From positions 1-53,556 of the forward strand of contig CAVWIH010000016.1 in assembly GCA_963755025.1 (NCBI GenBank): 53,556 nucleotides of DNA. Direction: 5' to 3'. Source of the DNA: an uncultured Actinomycetes bacterium (GTDB lineage: Bacteria > Actinomycetota > Thermoleophilia > UBA2241). How positions within the stretch are numbered: the first letter of the stretch is position 1; each line of letters starts with the position of its first letter. The notes under the pieces are model-generated. The model worked only from the letters and a program-made list of their open reading frames with translations. It was not told where the DNA came from and ran no database searches. Shown here in pieces: positions 31,837-41,290 of the stretch. The position numbers were made by a program, and so were the translations under genes.

Positions 31837-33396
31837 ATGACAGACGCAGAGCACAAGCCGACGGTCGAAGAGCTCAAGGCCAAGGCCTACCAGCCCATGG
31901 AAGACGCCATCAAGCTGCACCCCTTCTACCGCGGCAAGATCGAGACCACGCTCAAGTGCTGCGTGCGCGACTTTCAGGACTTCGCCATCTGGTACACGCC
32001 GGGCGTCTCCAAGCCGTGCCTCGAGATCCAGGCCGACCCCGAGAAGGCCTACGAGTACACCAACAAGTGGAACACCGTCGCGGTGATCTCCGACGGCACG
32101 CGCGTGCTGGGCATGGGCGACATCGGCCCCAAGGCCGGCCTTCCGGTCATGGAAGGCAAGAGCCTGCTCTATCGCTATCTGGGCGGCGTCGACGGCTTTC
32201 CCCTCATGGTCGACACCAAAGACCCCGACAAGTTCATCGAGTTCGTCAAGCTCGCGCAGCCCGGCCTTGGCGGCGTGAACCTCGAGGACATCTCCCAGCC
32301 CAAGTGCTTCCGCATCCTCGACACGTTGCGCGAGGAGTGCGAGATCCCGATCTGGCACGACGACCAGCAGGGCACCGCCTGCGTCACCCTGGCCGGCCTG
32401 ATCAACGCCCTCAAGGTCGTGGGGCGGCCGCTGTCCGAGGCGCGCATCGCCTTCATCGGCTGCGGCGCCGCCAACGTCGCCATCAGCCGCCTGATCTTCG
32501 CCTACGGCGCCGACCCGGCCAAGTGCATGCTGGTCGACTCCAAGGGCATCCTCAACAAGGACCGCGCCGACATCGAGGCCGTCAAAGACGAGTGGCGCGA
32601 CAAGTACAAGTACTGCCAGATCACCAACTCAGAGCAGCGCAGCGGCGGCATCGCCGAGGCCCTCAAGGGCGCCGACGTGTGCATCGCACTCTCCAAGCAG
32701 GGCCCCGACACGATCGACAAAGAGTGGATCCGCGGCATGGCGCCCGACCCGATCGTCTTTCTGTGCTCCAACCCGGTGCCCGAGATGTGGCCCTGGGACG
32801 CCAAAGAGGCCGGCGCCGCCGTGGTGGCCACCGGGCGCTCCGACTTTCCCAACCAGGTCAACAACTCGGTCGGCTTCCCGGGCATCTTCCGCGGCACCCT
32901 CGACGTGCGCGCCAAGACGATCACCGACGAGATGTGCATAGCGGCCGCCGTCGAGCTCGCCAAGGTGGCCGAAGACAAGGGCCTGTCGGCCGACTTCATC
33001 ATGCCCACCATGGACGACTGGGAGGTCTTCCCGCGCGAGGCCGCCGCGGTGGCCATGAAGGCGATCGAGCAGGGCGTGGCGCTGCGCACCGACCTCAGCT
33101 TCGAGCAGGAGGTCGCCGAAGCCACGGCGATCATCGCGCGCGCCCGCGGCCTGGTGCAAGACGCCGAGTCGCTGGGCTACATCAAGATGCCCGAAGGCAC
33201 CCCGCCGCCGCTGCCCACCGCCGAAGGCATGAAGGCCCTGGGGCGCACCATCGCCAGCCAGGCCGCCGACGTGGCGGGCGTGGCCGCAGACCGTGCCGGC
33301 GACGCCGCCCAGAAGGCCGTCGATTCGGTCGAGGAGTACGCTCGCAGGGCCGCCGACGCGGCCCGCAAGGCCATGGAGGACCGCCGCAAGAAGTAG
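31837..33396 (+). CDS. NAD(P)-dependent malic enzyme with Ala-rich C-terminal extension
   Basis: YTPGV, SDGTRVLGMGDIG, PVMEGK, NLEDI, HDDQQGTA, TGRSDFPNQVNN. Confidence 0.92.
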   Translation: MTDAEHKPTVEELKAKAYQPMEDAIKLHPFYRGKIETTLKCCVRDFQDFAIWYTPGVSKPCLEIQADPEKAYEYTNKWNTVAVISDGTRVLGMGDIGPKAGLPVMEGKSLLYRYLGGVDGFPLMVDTKDPDKFIEFVKLAQPGLGGVNLEDISQPKCFRILDTLREECEIPIWHDDQQGTACVTLAGLINALKVVGRPLSEARIAFIGCGAANVAISRLIFAYGADPAKCMLVDSKGILNKDRADIEAVKDEWRDKYKYCQITNSEQRSGGIAEALKGADVCIALSKQGPDTIDKEWIRGMAPDPIVFLCSNPVPEMWPWDAKEAGAAVVATGRSDFPNQVNNSVGFPGIFRGTLDVRAKTITDEMCIAAAVELAKVAEDKGLSADFIMPTMDDWEVFPREAAAVAMKAIEQGVALRTDLSFEQEVAEATAIIARARGLVQDAESLGYIKMPEGTPPPLPTAEGMKALGRTIASQAADVAGVAADRAGDAAQKAVDSVEEYARRAADAARKAMEDRRKK

Positions 33397-33434
33397 CCGA
33401 GGCGGGGAAGAGGCACAAGCGCTTCGCCCGCACG

Positions 33435-33488
33435 AGCGGCGGGGCGGCGACGGCTGTAACAGCCGTCGCCGCCCCGCCGCTTTCATTT
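33435..33488 (+). terminator. Intrinsic terminator, probably bidirectional
   Basis: Perfect ~22-bp stem AGCGGCGGGGCGGCGACGGCTG/CAGCCGTCGCCGCCCCGCCGCT followed by TTCATTT. Confidence 0.8.
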
Positions 33489-33627
33489 GTGCGCCTGCGC
33501 CCGCTGGCCCGACCCTGATCCACCCGCCCGCACTGAGCCCTTGCGGACACCCACGCGGGCGCCCGGTCGGCAAGCAGGCGAGACGTGCGCGAAGGCTTGG
33601 CAGGAAGTGCGGAAGACGGGGGGTGAA

Positions 33628-33703
33628 TGGAGCCCGGTCGCGGATTCGAACCGCGGACCCCTTGCTTACCATGCAAGTGCTCTACCGACTGAGCTAACCG
33701 GGC
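33628..33703 (-). tRNA. tRNA-Thr(GGT)
   Basis: GCCCGGTTAGCTCAGTCGGTAGAGCA-CTTGC-AT-GGT-AA-GCAAG...GGTTCGAATCC...ACCGGGCTCCA. Confidence 0.96.
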
Positions 33704-33708
33704 TTGGC

Positions 33709-33793
33709 TGGTGGGGGAGCTAGGATTTGAACCTAGGTAGGCTGCGCCAACGGATTTACAGTCCGCCCCCTTTAACCACTCGGGCACTCCCCC
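33709..33793 (-). tRNA. tRNA-Tyr(GTA)
   Basis: GGGGGAGTGCCCGAGTGGTTAAAGGGGGCGGACTGTAAATCCG, long variable arm, CCA end. Upstream promoter TTGAAA-17-TACCAT on the minus strand (33835-33807). Confidence 0.96.
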
Positions 33794-34286
33794 GGGAGCT
33801 CGCAGGATGGTACTCGAAAGCACCCCTGCTTTCAACCGTCGCCGGCGTGGCCATTCTGCCCACGCGCGCCCGTTGCTACTCTCGCTCGGCGGCGCGGCGC
33901 TCGGCAAGGGGGACGGGAAGTGGATCGGCGGGGCCGGCCGTCGCCGGCCCCGCCTGCCCTGAGGGGGGCTACCAGTAGGGGGGCTGCCGGTAGCGGGGCG
34001 TTAGTGTCAGGGTACCCTTTGGACCCGCGAGGCGCGTCTCTGGTCGGCGCGCCGTGCGGGGTTGCTTGTGATTCCTTGCACAGTATACGTCGATTTCTGC
34101 CGGTGCCAACCCCAACATTTGCCGAAGGCCGAGGCTGCATCATGGACAGAATGGCCCAGTTGTCGCGCGAGTGCAGGGATGTACCGGTCCCGTGGGGACC
34201 AGGGGATCGTTCGCATAGACGCTGACGGCGCTCGGATTGAGGCGCGCCGCGGAGTCTGCTAGCATGGGGGGCCTTCAAGGCCCGGT

Positions 34287-34363
34287 GGCGGCGTAGCTCA
34301 GCTGGTCAGAGCAGCGGAATCATAATCCGCGTGTCGTAGGTTCGAGTCCTACCGCCGCTACCA
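34287..34363 (+). tRNA. tRNA-Met(CAT), elongator type; integration target
   Basis: GGCGGCGTAGCTCAGCTGGTCAGAGCA-GCGGA-AT-CAT-AA-TCCGC...GGTTCGAGTCC...CGCCGCTACCA. Promoter TTGAGG-17-TAGCAT at 34237-34265. Confidence 0.95.
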
Positions 34364-34365
34364 AA
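34317..34365 (+). repeat. attL core (3' half of tRNA-Met)
   Basis: GAATCATAATCCGCGTGTCGTAGGTTCGAGTCCTACCGCCGCTACCAAA. Confidence 0.93.
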
Positions 34366-34399
34366 CCAGCCCCCAGATTTGCAGGCATTTCTCATTTCG

Positions 34400-34421
34400 C
34401 TTGTGAACACCTTGTGAACAC
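34400..34421 (+). repeat. Putative integrase arm-type sites (left)
   Basis: CTTGTGAACAC x2 in tandem; the same 11-mer recurs near attR. Confidence 0.7.
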
Positions 34422-35672
34422 CTACCTCGGAAGCGAAATCGGGCGCGCCGAGGGCGCCCCTTCGACGAGGGCGGCGAAGGTGTCTGCCGCTTCCTGCTGC
34501 ATGCCGGGCAGCACGCTCTGATATACGCGCATGGTGAAGGCCACGTCAGAGTGCCCGAGGCGCTCCGAGACGACCTTCACCGGCACGCCAGCCCGCAGGA
34601 GCAGTGAGGCGTGCGTGTGGCGCACGTCGTGCAGCCGGATCGTGGGCACTCCGGCAGCCACCACGTGACCCCGAAAGGCGCGCGTGATGCGATCGGGGTG
34701 CACAGGCGCGCCGTCCTCTGCGGTGAAGACGCGGTGAGGATTCGGCCAAGGCGCCGGCCATGCTTGGCGCTCTCGCGCCTGTAGCTTCTGCCAGGCGCCC
34801 AGGGCCGCCACCGTCCCGGCGTCGAGGTCGATGACGCGCGAGCGTCCGCGCTTCGGCGTTGTCTCGCGCAGGTCGGCGCCGACGATCGTCAGCGCGCGTT
34901 GCACGGCGATCCGGCCGGCCTTCAGGTCGACGTCGCACCATAGCAAACCCGCGACTTCACCGCGCCGCATGCCCGTGAGGGCGAAGAGGTGCCACATCGT
35001 CGCCAGGCGATCGTCGGCCGTCGCCTCGAGGAAGGCGCGCAGCTCGCCGGCCGTCCACGCTCTGAGTTCATGGCTCTCCGCGAGTCGCGCCTTCGGCAGC
35101 CTTGCCCTGTCGGCAGGGTTCCAGGCGAGCGTGCCTTCGTCGACGGCATCGGCCAGGGCCTTGTGCAAGGTCGCCGCGATGCGCCGCACCGAGGCGGGGG
35201 ACAGGGGCGCGAGCTCCGCTAGCTGGTCGTCTGTGCGGTCCTTGCCGCGCGGGCGCGGCCGGCGCTTCAGCTGGGCGTAGAAGGCGTTGACCGTCGCCCG
35301 GTCGAGCCTCTTGAGTCGTAGGTGACCGATCGCCGGCACGATGTGGCCACTGACGTGCGCGCGGTACGACGCAAGCGTCGTGGCCTTCACGTGGTCGGGG
35401 TGGTCTTCGAGCCAGCCGAGCCAGCGAGTGAGGTACTGCGCCACAGTCTCTCGCGTCGGCTGAGCGGGCAGCCGCCCCTCGCGTCCCGCCATGCGCGCCT
35501 TGTCGCGCGCCGCCGCGGCGTCCTCTCGACTCTTGTAGCCACCGCTGCCGACCAGGCGGCCGCCGACGCGAATGCGGAACGACCAGGTCGCGCCGCGCTT
35601 CATGAGGCCGTCTTTGAGCTTGTCAGGCATCGGCTGCGCCGCCCGGCAGTGGCCCGCTTTGCTCATCTTCAC
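34422..35672 (-). CDS. int: Tyrosine recombinase/integrase (start may be ~35630)
   Basis: TGMRRGE, RLHDVRHTHAS, VSERLGHS...TMRVY catalytic set; N-terminal arm-binding domain. Confidence 0.95.
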   Translation of the reverse strand: MKMSKAGHCRAAQPMPDKLKDGLMKRGATWSFRIRVGGRLVGSGGYKSREDAAAARDKARMAGREGRLPAQPTRETVAQYLTRWLGWLEDHPDHVKATTLASYRAHVSGHIVPAIGHLRLKRLDRATVNAFYAQLKRRPRPRGKDRTDDQLAELAPLSPASVRRIAATLHKALADAVDEGTLAWNPADRARLPKARLAESHELRAWTAGELRAFLEATADDRLATMWHLFALTGMRRGEVAGLLWCDVDLKAGRIAVQRALTIVGADLRETTPKRGRSRVIDLDAGTVAALGAWQKLQARERQAWPAPWPNPHRVFTAEDGAPVHPDRITRAFRGHVVAAGVPTIRLHDVRHTHASLLLRAGVPVKVVSERLGHSDVAFTMRVYQSVLPGMQQEAADTFAALVEGAPSARPISLPR

Positions 35673-35722
35673 TCTCGACGTCGGGAAGCTCTCTTAGGTG
35701 GGCGAGCAAGTAGGCGATGAGA

Positions 35723-36565
35723 TCAGGGAGACGCATCCCAGAGAAGCCCTCCGTAACCCTTGTCGCGCTCGAGGATGGCGGACGCCTCCTCTACCGCGAC
35801 GCCCTTCCCCAAGAGGGCCCACTGAAGGTCGGTGATGTCCTGGCGCCGGTGCCGTGCGGTTCTGTTCGAGGCAGCGGGCCGGGGCCGGTCGACCCGGAAG
35901 CCCATTTCCTCAGCTCGCCGTACCCAGCGCCGGACCTGTGCAAGGCTGTATAGCTGCTGGCTGGCAAGCTCCTTCATTGGGGAGTGAGGGTTGCGCGCCT
36001 GGATTTCGTTATAGGCCCTGGCGATTGCTTCAAAGTGTTCAGGCGGCAGGCCCTTGCGCCCGGGGTGAACGTGTGACGCGCGATAGGCCCTGGCGTCGCG
36101 GCCCCAGATGATCTCCGCGAGGTCGTAGGTCCACGCCGGCATCTCAGCCCGCGCGAGCGGATTCGCGAGACGCTCTTGCTCCTCTTTGAACGACGGGCCG
36201 GGACCACCCCCGGGCCGGCTAATGCGGCCACGAGAGGCGCGCATCGTGTTGATACAGAGGAGGATGTCCTTCAGCGGGATGGCACGAAGGCTACGGGGCG
36301 TCACGTTGACGGGCGCGCCGCCGGAGTCGTCGAGCCCTGCGCCAAGGACGAGCGACGTGCAAATGACCTCGTTCGTCCTGGTGAGCGCAGCGCGGACCCT
36401 CAGCGGGTAGGGCTGCTCGTCCCATCCGACGTCAAGCCAACGAGCCTCGCCGGGTCCTGTCGGCTCATCGGGCCGAAGGGTGAAGGCAAAGCGGAACACG
36501 CGCCCTGACTGCTCGATCTGAATGACGTACTGCTTCTCGGCGCCGAGCTCGGCGTCCTTACCCAT
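35723..36565 (-). CDS. Hypothetical protein with C-terminal HTH (possible repressor)
   Basis: EAIARAYN...PMKELASQQLYSLAQVRRWVRRAEEMG; divergent from the XRE gene. Confidence 0.65.
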   Translation of the reverse strand: MGKDAELGAEKQYVIQIEQSGRVFRFAFTLRPDEPTGPGEARWLDVGWDEQPYPLRVRAALTRTNEVICTSLVLGAGLDDSGGAPVNVTPRSLRAIPLKDILLCINTMRASRGRISRPGGGPGPSFKEEQERLANPLARAEMPAWTYDLAEIIWGRDARAYRASHVHPGRKGLPPEHFEAIARAYNEIQARNPHSPMKELASQQLYSLAQVRRWVRRAEEMGFRVDRPRPAASNRTARHRRQDITDLQWALLGKGVAVEEASAILERDKGYGGLLWDASP

Positions 36566-36752
36566 CGGTCCTCCCATGTGCGTTGCACCGTGACGGCACC
36601 GAGAATACACCGACTTTCCCGGCGTGGCAAGTCATCTGTTCTAGGTCGCTCAAATTGGACCGCATTATTGCAAGTTTCCTTCTGCTCCAAGTGTGCGACG
36701 ATGGTGCTCCGGAACCGCTCATACAGCGACAAACGAGTGATTGGAGAATCAG

Positions 36753-36983
36753 ATGGACGCACTCATGGAGGAGGTCAGAGCGCGGCGACGGTTGCCTGAG
36801 CCGGTAATGCGCCGTGCAATCCGCAAGGCGGCCGGCGTCTCTCAGAAGCGAGCTGGCGAAGAGATCAACGTAACGCACCAAGCCATCGCGCGGTACGAAG
36901 ACGGGTCGCGAACGCCCCGCGGCCCGGTACTCGTGGCCTATGTGGGGTTGCTCGAGGCGTTGCGGGAGGAGAGCGGGCTATGA
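36753..36983 (+). CDS. XRE/Cro-like HTH regulator
   Basis: RAIRKAAGVSQKRAGEEINVTHQAIARYEDGSRTP. Confidence 0.85.
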   Translation: MDALMEEVRARRRLPEPVMRRAIRKAAGVSQKRAGEEINVTHQAIARYEDGSRTPRGPVLVAYVGLLEALREESGL

Positions 36984-37252
36984 ATCCGCGGGAGATGGTC
37001 ACGAGTCAGACCGACACTGATCGCGACGCCATCCTCGCGCAGCTGCGCGGGAAGTTCGTGTGCAGCATCGACGAGGCGCGAGTCCTGCTCGATCTCGGAA
37101 GAGTCGCCGCCTACCGCCTCGCGGCCACGAACGGCGCACTCGCTGACGGGGTCGGGGTCCTGAAATGCGGCCGCCTGTACAAGGTACCTGTGCGCCCGCT
37201 CCTGCTCGCCGTTCTCGGCGATGCCGACGTCGACGACCAGGGCGAGGACTGA
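36980..37252 (+). CDS. AlpA/excisionase-like DNA-binding protein
   Basis: SIDEARVLLDLGRVAAYRLAA...LKCGRLYKVP. Confidence 0.7.
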   Translation: MNPREMVTSQTDTDRDAILAQLRGKFVCSIDEARVLLDLGRVAAYRLAATNGALADGVGVLKCGRLYKVPVRPLLLAVLGDADVDDQGED

Positions 37253-37255
37253 GCG

Positions 37256-37561
37256 ATGACGTGCTGCTCCGAATGCAGGTACTGGCACGCTCGCCACGAC
37301 ACCGAGCGCTACCTTCGCCAGGGTGCCGACGCTGACACTGACGCAGTTCCAGAGTGGCTGTCGGCAGATACTCGCCGGCTCGAGGCCGAGGCCGGCGCTG
37401 AAGAGTTCAGCGGGACGCTCCACTTCGACGACCTGCCGTGGGTCGCGCTGCCCGGCGAGTGCCGGCGGCACGCGCCGCACTTCCCGGCTGGCTGGCCCAT
37501 GGCGGGCGCCGACGACTTCTGCGGCGAGTTCGCCGCGAAGACCGGCGAGAAGCTTCCATGA
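37256..37561 (+). CDS. Cys-rich hypothetical phage protein
   Basis: CSECRYWH...GECRRHAP...WP...DFCGEF; overlaps the next start codon. Confidence 0.65.
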   Translation: MTCCSECRYWHARHDTERYLRQGADADTDAVPEWLSADTRRLEAEAGAEEFSGTLHFDDLPWVALPGECRRHAPHFPAGWPMAGADDFCGEFAAKTGEKLP

Positions 37562-38685
37562 GGGAGACAGAGAAGACCGTCGCCACCGGCGATGACGCCC
37601 CGGCGCCCATCACGTGCACGCCCGTCGAGCCGGCATCGGACGGCAGCGAAGGAAACGGCTCGCTACTCGTCTGCTTGAGCGACGTCCGGCCGCAGACCGT
37701 CGAACACCTGTGGCCGCGGCGCATCCCGATGGCCATGCCGTCGATAATCTTCGGGCCCGGCGGCCTGGGCAAAACGCACTGCTGGGTCGACATCGCGACC
37801 CGCGTCTCACTTGGCTCGCCATGGCCGGACGGCGGCCGGGCGCCGCGAGGCAACATCGTGGTGATAAGCGGCGAGGATGACTGGGCGACGACGCTCGTGC
37901 CGCGGCTGATCTACTCGGGAGCCGACCTGCACCACGTCTTTGGATTTCCCGCCGTGGCTTCGTTCGGCGAGGGCGATCGGCGTACGTTCCGCCTGACTGC
38001 GGACGCCGCCACCCTCGAGCGCGAGATCCTGAGCGTCAACGCCGTCCTGGCGATCGTTGACCCGCTGACGTGCTTCCTGGACGGCGTCGACACCCACAAC
38101 ACCGGCGACGTGCGAGTCGCGCTGTCGATGCTCGCCGACGTCGCCTCGCGCACCGGCGCGGCCATCCTGTGCGTCTTGCACCCCAACAAGGCAGAGAAGG
38201 ACGGAGCGTCCGCCCTGAACCGCCTCAGCGGCTCAGGAGCCTTCGGCGCGGCGGCGCGCAGCGTCATGGCCGTTGTGACGGACCCGAAAGACGAGACCGA
38301 AGAGCGGCGGCTACTGCTCCCGGTCAAGCTAAACATCGGCCGCATGCCGGGCGGCTTGGGCTTCAGGGTCGTTTCCGACAACCCTGATACCTGCGACAGC
38401 GGCATCACGTGGGATACCGACCCCGTCGAGGTAGATGCCGACGAGGCCTTCGGCCGGGTGCGGCCCGACACGCCGGCCATGATCCACGCGAAGGCCTTCC
38501 TCCTGCGTGTCTTGGGCGACCACGAGCCCTACCCCTCGAAGGTCCTCGACGAAGAGGCATCCGAGGCCGGTATCAAGGAGCGCACCCTGGCGCGCGCAAA
38601 GCGCAAGCTCGGCGTCATCAGCGAGAAAGACGGCTTCGCAGTCGGCGCCGTCTGGACCTGCCGACTTCCCGGCGGCGAGCGATGA
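37558..38685 (+). CDS. RecA-like AAA_25/RepA-type helicase
   Basis: Walker A GPGGLGKT, SGEDD, Walker B IVDPL, HPNK, SGSGAFGAAARS. Confidence 0.85.
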   Translation: MRETEKTVATGDDAPAPITCTPVEPASDGSEGNGSLLVCLSDVRPQTVEHLWPRRIPMAMPSIIFGPGGLGKTHCWVDIATRVSLGSPWPDGGRAPRGNIVVISGEDDWATTLVPRLIYSGADLHHVFGFPAVASFGEGDRRTFRLTADAATLEREILSVNAVLAIVDPLTCFLDGVDTHNTGDVRVALSMLADVASRTGAAILCVLHPNKAEKDGASALNRLSGSGAFGAAARSVMAVVTDPKDETEERRLLLPVKLNIGRMPGGLGFRVVSDNPDTCDSGITWDTDPVEVDADEAFGRVRPDTPAMIHAKAFLLRVLGDHEPYPSKVLDEEASEAGIKERTLARAKRKLGVISEKDGFAVGAVWTCRLPGGER

Positions 38686-38698
38686 CGCTCGCTTCCGC

Positions 38699-38852
38699 CC
38701 CCAAGAATGCCAGCTCGCTTCGCAACCTTCGAGGCAGTCTTTTGCGCGCGCGCGTATACACACCTACTGGCACTCTTGGGCAGTCTTGGGCAGTCTTGGG
38801 AGCCGTCGCGCCCCAAGAATGCCAAGAGTGCCAAGAGTGCCCAAGAGTGCCA
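38699..38852. repeat. Iteron cluster, putative replication origin
   Basis: Three GCA(C/G)TCTTGG at 38770-38799 face four CAAGA(A/G)TGC at ~38813-38850 in inverted orientation; one more copy near 38700. Confidence 0.75.
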
Positions 38853-38887
38853 GGGACACCCCACGCGCGCACGCGCGAGGCGGCATC

Positions 38888-39877
38888 GTGAGCGTCTGCA
38901 CCGCCGAAAGCGCTCTCAGTTCAGCCGACCTTGCCGCCTTCGACTCGCAGCCCCTTCTGCGCGGCGACCATGCCGACTATCTCTGCCCATTCTGCCACGA
39001 CGATCGCCCAGGGCGCCGTCGCGACAACCAACATCGCAAGCTCAGGGTGTGGCCGACAGGTGGCTGGAACTGCGTGCGTTGCGGCCGGCACGGCTTTCTC
39101 GAGGATCGCAAGCAGGGTCACGACGATGACCCGCTTCGCCCTGGCCGCAAGACGCAGCCGCGGCCGGTGGGTTCGGAGCCTTCACCCGCCGAGATCGCCG
39201 AGCTCGCCAGCAAGCGCGCCGCCAAGCGCCGCTTGTGGAGCGAGGCCGTGGCGATCGACGATCCGGCCGCCGCTGCCGGCGCTGCGTACCTCTGGGAGCG
39301 TCGCGGCCTGCCGCTACTGCCGGCCGTCTCCGCTGGCGTGCGCTTTCACGCCGACTTCACCTGGCGGTCAGAGGCTCCGTATCGCTGGGCTGCCGAACGG
39401 GCCCGCGGCGCCGTCGTCTTTCTCGTGACCGACGCCGCCGGCAACGCCGTCGACCTCGAGGCGCGCTACATCGATGCCGCCGCGCCGAAATCCCGCAGCA
39501 CCGGCAAGGGGGGCGTCTTCGTCGCGACGCCCGACGCCCTCGAAGCCGACCACCTCGTCGTGTGCGAGGGTCCGCTCACCGCCTTGTCCGTGGCTGCCTG
39601 CGGCCAGCCGGCGATCGCCCTGTGCGGTCGCGTCCTGCGGCCATGGCTCGCCATTCACTTGGCCGGCCGCACTGTCTTCGTGTCGCTCGACTGGCACGAA
39701 GCCGGCGCTGACGAAGCCGGCGGCGCCGCCTTTGGCGCCCTGCACGCCGTGGGCGCCCGTCCGTACCGCCTGGCGCTGCCCGCCGGCTCAGGCGACTGGA
39801 ACGACCACCTTCGCGCCGTCGGCCTCGCCGATATGCGTGCCGAGCTCGAGCACGTCATCGGCAAGGCGACGTCGTGA
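38888..39877 (+). CDS. Primase-like protein (zinc finger plus Toprim)
   Basis: CPFC...WNCVRC; VVCEGPLTALS; SLD; GDWNDHL. Confidence 0.75.
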   Translation: MSVCTAESALSSADLAAFDSQPLLRGDHADYLCPFCHDDRPGRRRDNQHRKLRVWPTGGWNCVRCGRHGFLEDRKQGHDDDPLRPGRKTQPRPVGSEPSPAEIAELASKRAAKRRLWSEAVAIDDPAAAAGAAYLWERRGLPLLPAVSAGVRFHADFTWRSEAPYRWAAERARGAVVFLVTDAAGNAVDLEARYIDAAAPKSRSTGKGGVFVATPDALEADHLVVCEGPLTALSVAACGQPAIALCGRVLRPWLAIHLAGRTVFVSLDWHEAGADEAGGAAFGALHAVGARPYRLALPAGSGDWNDHLRAVGLADMRAELEHVIGKATS

Positions 39878-39918
39878 GCCACTTCACCTACCCCACCAAA
39901 CCAAGCGAAAGGAACCTC

Positions 39919-40260
39919 ATGGACATCATGATCGACGAACAGGCCAACGCCCTCGACGCTAACTACAGGCAGCAAGGTTCGGACCGGGCGAAGGTGGTCG
40001 ACAACGCAGCCCGGACGCGACCCCCGCACGTCGACCCGAACGGCACCGCCCAGGCCGAGTCGCTGACGCTGCTCGCCATGGCGGCCGACCAAGCCATCAT
40101 GTCGCTCGGCGACGAAGCCGAGACGCCTCAGCCCGCCGGCATCGACGACCTGCTAGCGCTTGACCTGCGCGGCGTCCCGGTGCGCGAAGCGCTGGCCATG
40201 CTGAGCGAGCGCGCTCGCGCCATAGTCGCCGACCTGCCGCGCAAGGGTCAGCGCCAGTAG
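39919..40260 (+). CDS. Hypothetical protein
   Basis: RBS GAAAGGA before the ATG; element-like codon usage. Confidence 0.55.
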   Translation: MDIMIDEQANALDANYRQQGSDRAKVVDNAARTRPPHVDPNGTAQAESLTLLAMAADQAIMSLGDEAETPQPAGIDDLLALDLRGVPVREALAMLSERARAIVADLPRKGQRQ

Positions 40261-40905
40261 CGAGCCGTGCAAGGATCCCGGTTGCGTTCTCCTTTGGCGC
40301 CACGCCAGTCTGCCGGGCCGCTCGTGGGCAGATCCTGCCGAGCGGACAACAAAGAGGCTGGCACCCGCGCGGCGGTGGGCCGCTCTGCGAGTCGACCCGC
40401 CGCCGCGCCTCACTGCACTGACGCGGTGCTCACCGCCGCGCCGCTGGCGCCGGGCGGCGAGCACCTGGCCGGCGCCCAGCGACCCGAGACAGGTTCCCGC
40501 GGCGGACCATCCCCAGCCGCGACCCGGAGAGCCCCAGGGCGGAGCCGCGTCGGCAGGGATGGTCGCGGCGCACCCGGCGCGTGAGGTCAACAGCCGACGA
40601 GTCGCGCGCCGGCCGCGATGCCCAGACGTCCGGCGCGATCGCGCTGCGGATGGTCGTGAGCGCCGTCCCGCGAAACGACCAGATTTCTGCCCATTCGTGG
40701 CCCGATGGTGGCGGAAAGGTGCCCTTTGACGGCCGCTGCCGCGAGCATTGTCGCCTGCCTACCGGTAGAGGGGTCGCACCCTTTGAGCCCGGCCGATGAA
40801 CCACGTGGTCCCCAGACTCCCGAAGAACCATGAAATGAGCTTTTCCCGTCCGTTAACGCTGGCCCTCTCGAGACGTAACGGTGACGCCGCGTTTACGCTT
40901 GTCGC

Positions 40906-41280
40906 ATGGTTTTGGTGAATCGATGCATGAGCTGCGGCGAGCCGATCAGACAGCCTGCGACTGGCCGGCGGCGCCAATTCTGTTCCGATCGGTGCAGGAA
41001 GCGCGCGCACCGGCGGCGCATGGGCGGCGTCTATCGCATCATGGTCGCGTCCGCGCCGAATGACGCCGAGCTCGACGCTCAGCTGGGCGCCGCGAGCGAA
41101 GAGTTGCTTCACCTGCCGTCAGATCCGGACGAAGCGGTCGTGCAGACCGTGATGGAAGCTCGCGCACTGGCGACGGCGTTCGCGCATTGCGCCAGCCGGG
41201 GCCGGCCGCAGTTGGCCTGGCGCTGCGCGAAGGCCGCCGACGAGATCACCGCCGTCTTGGCGCGCTACTTCACGATCTGA
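40906..41280 (+). CDS. Hypothetical protein with an N-terminal zinc finger
   Basis: CMSCGEP...GRRRQFCSDRCRKRAHR. Confidence 0.65.
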   Translation: MVLVNRCMSCGEPIRQPATGRRRQFCSDRCRKRAHRRRMGGVYRIMVASAPNDAELDAQLGAASEELLHLPSDPDEAVVQTVMEARALATAFAHCASRGRPQLAWRCAKAADEITAVLARYFTI

Positions 41281-41290
41281 GGGCGCCCGC

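Noticed and set aside
33860-34280. Possible tRNA-Pyl or other ncRNA between tRNA-Tyr and tRNA-Met
   Set aside because: GC hairpins are present, but I found no CUA anticodon loop (CTCTAAA) or cloverleaf and cannot support a call.
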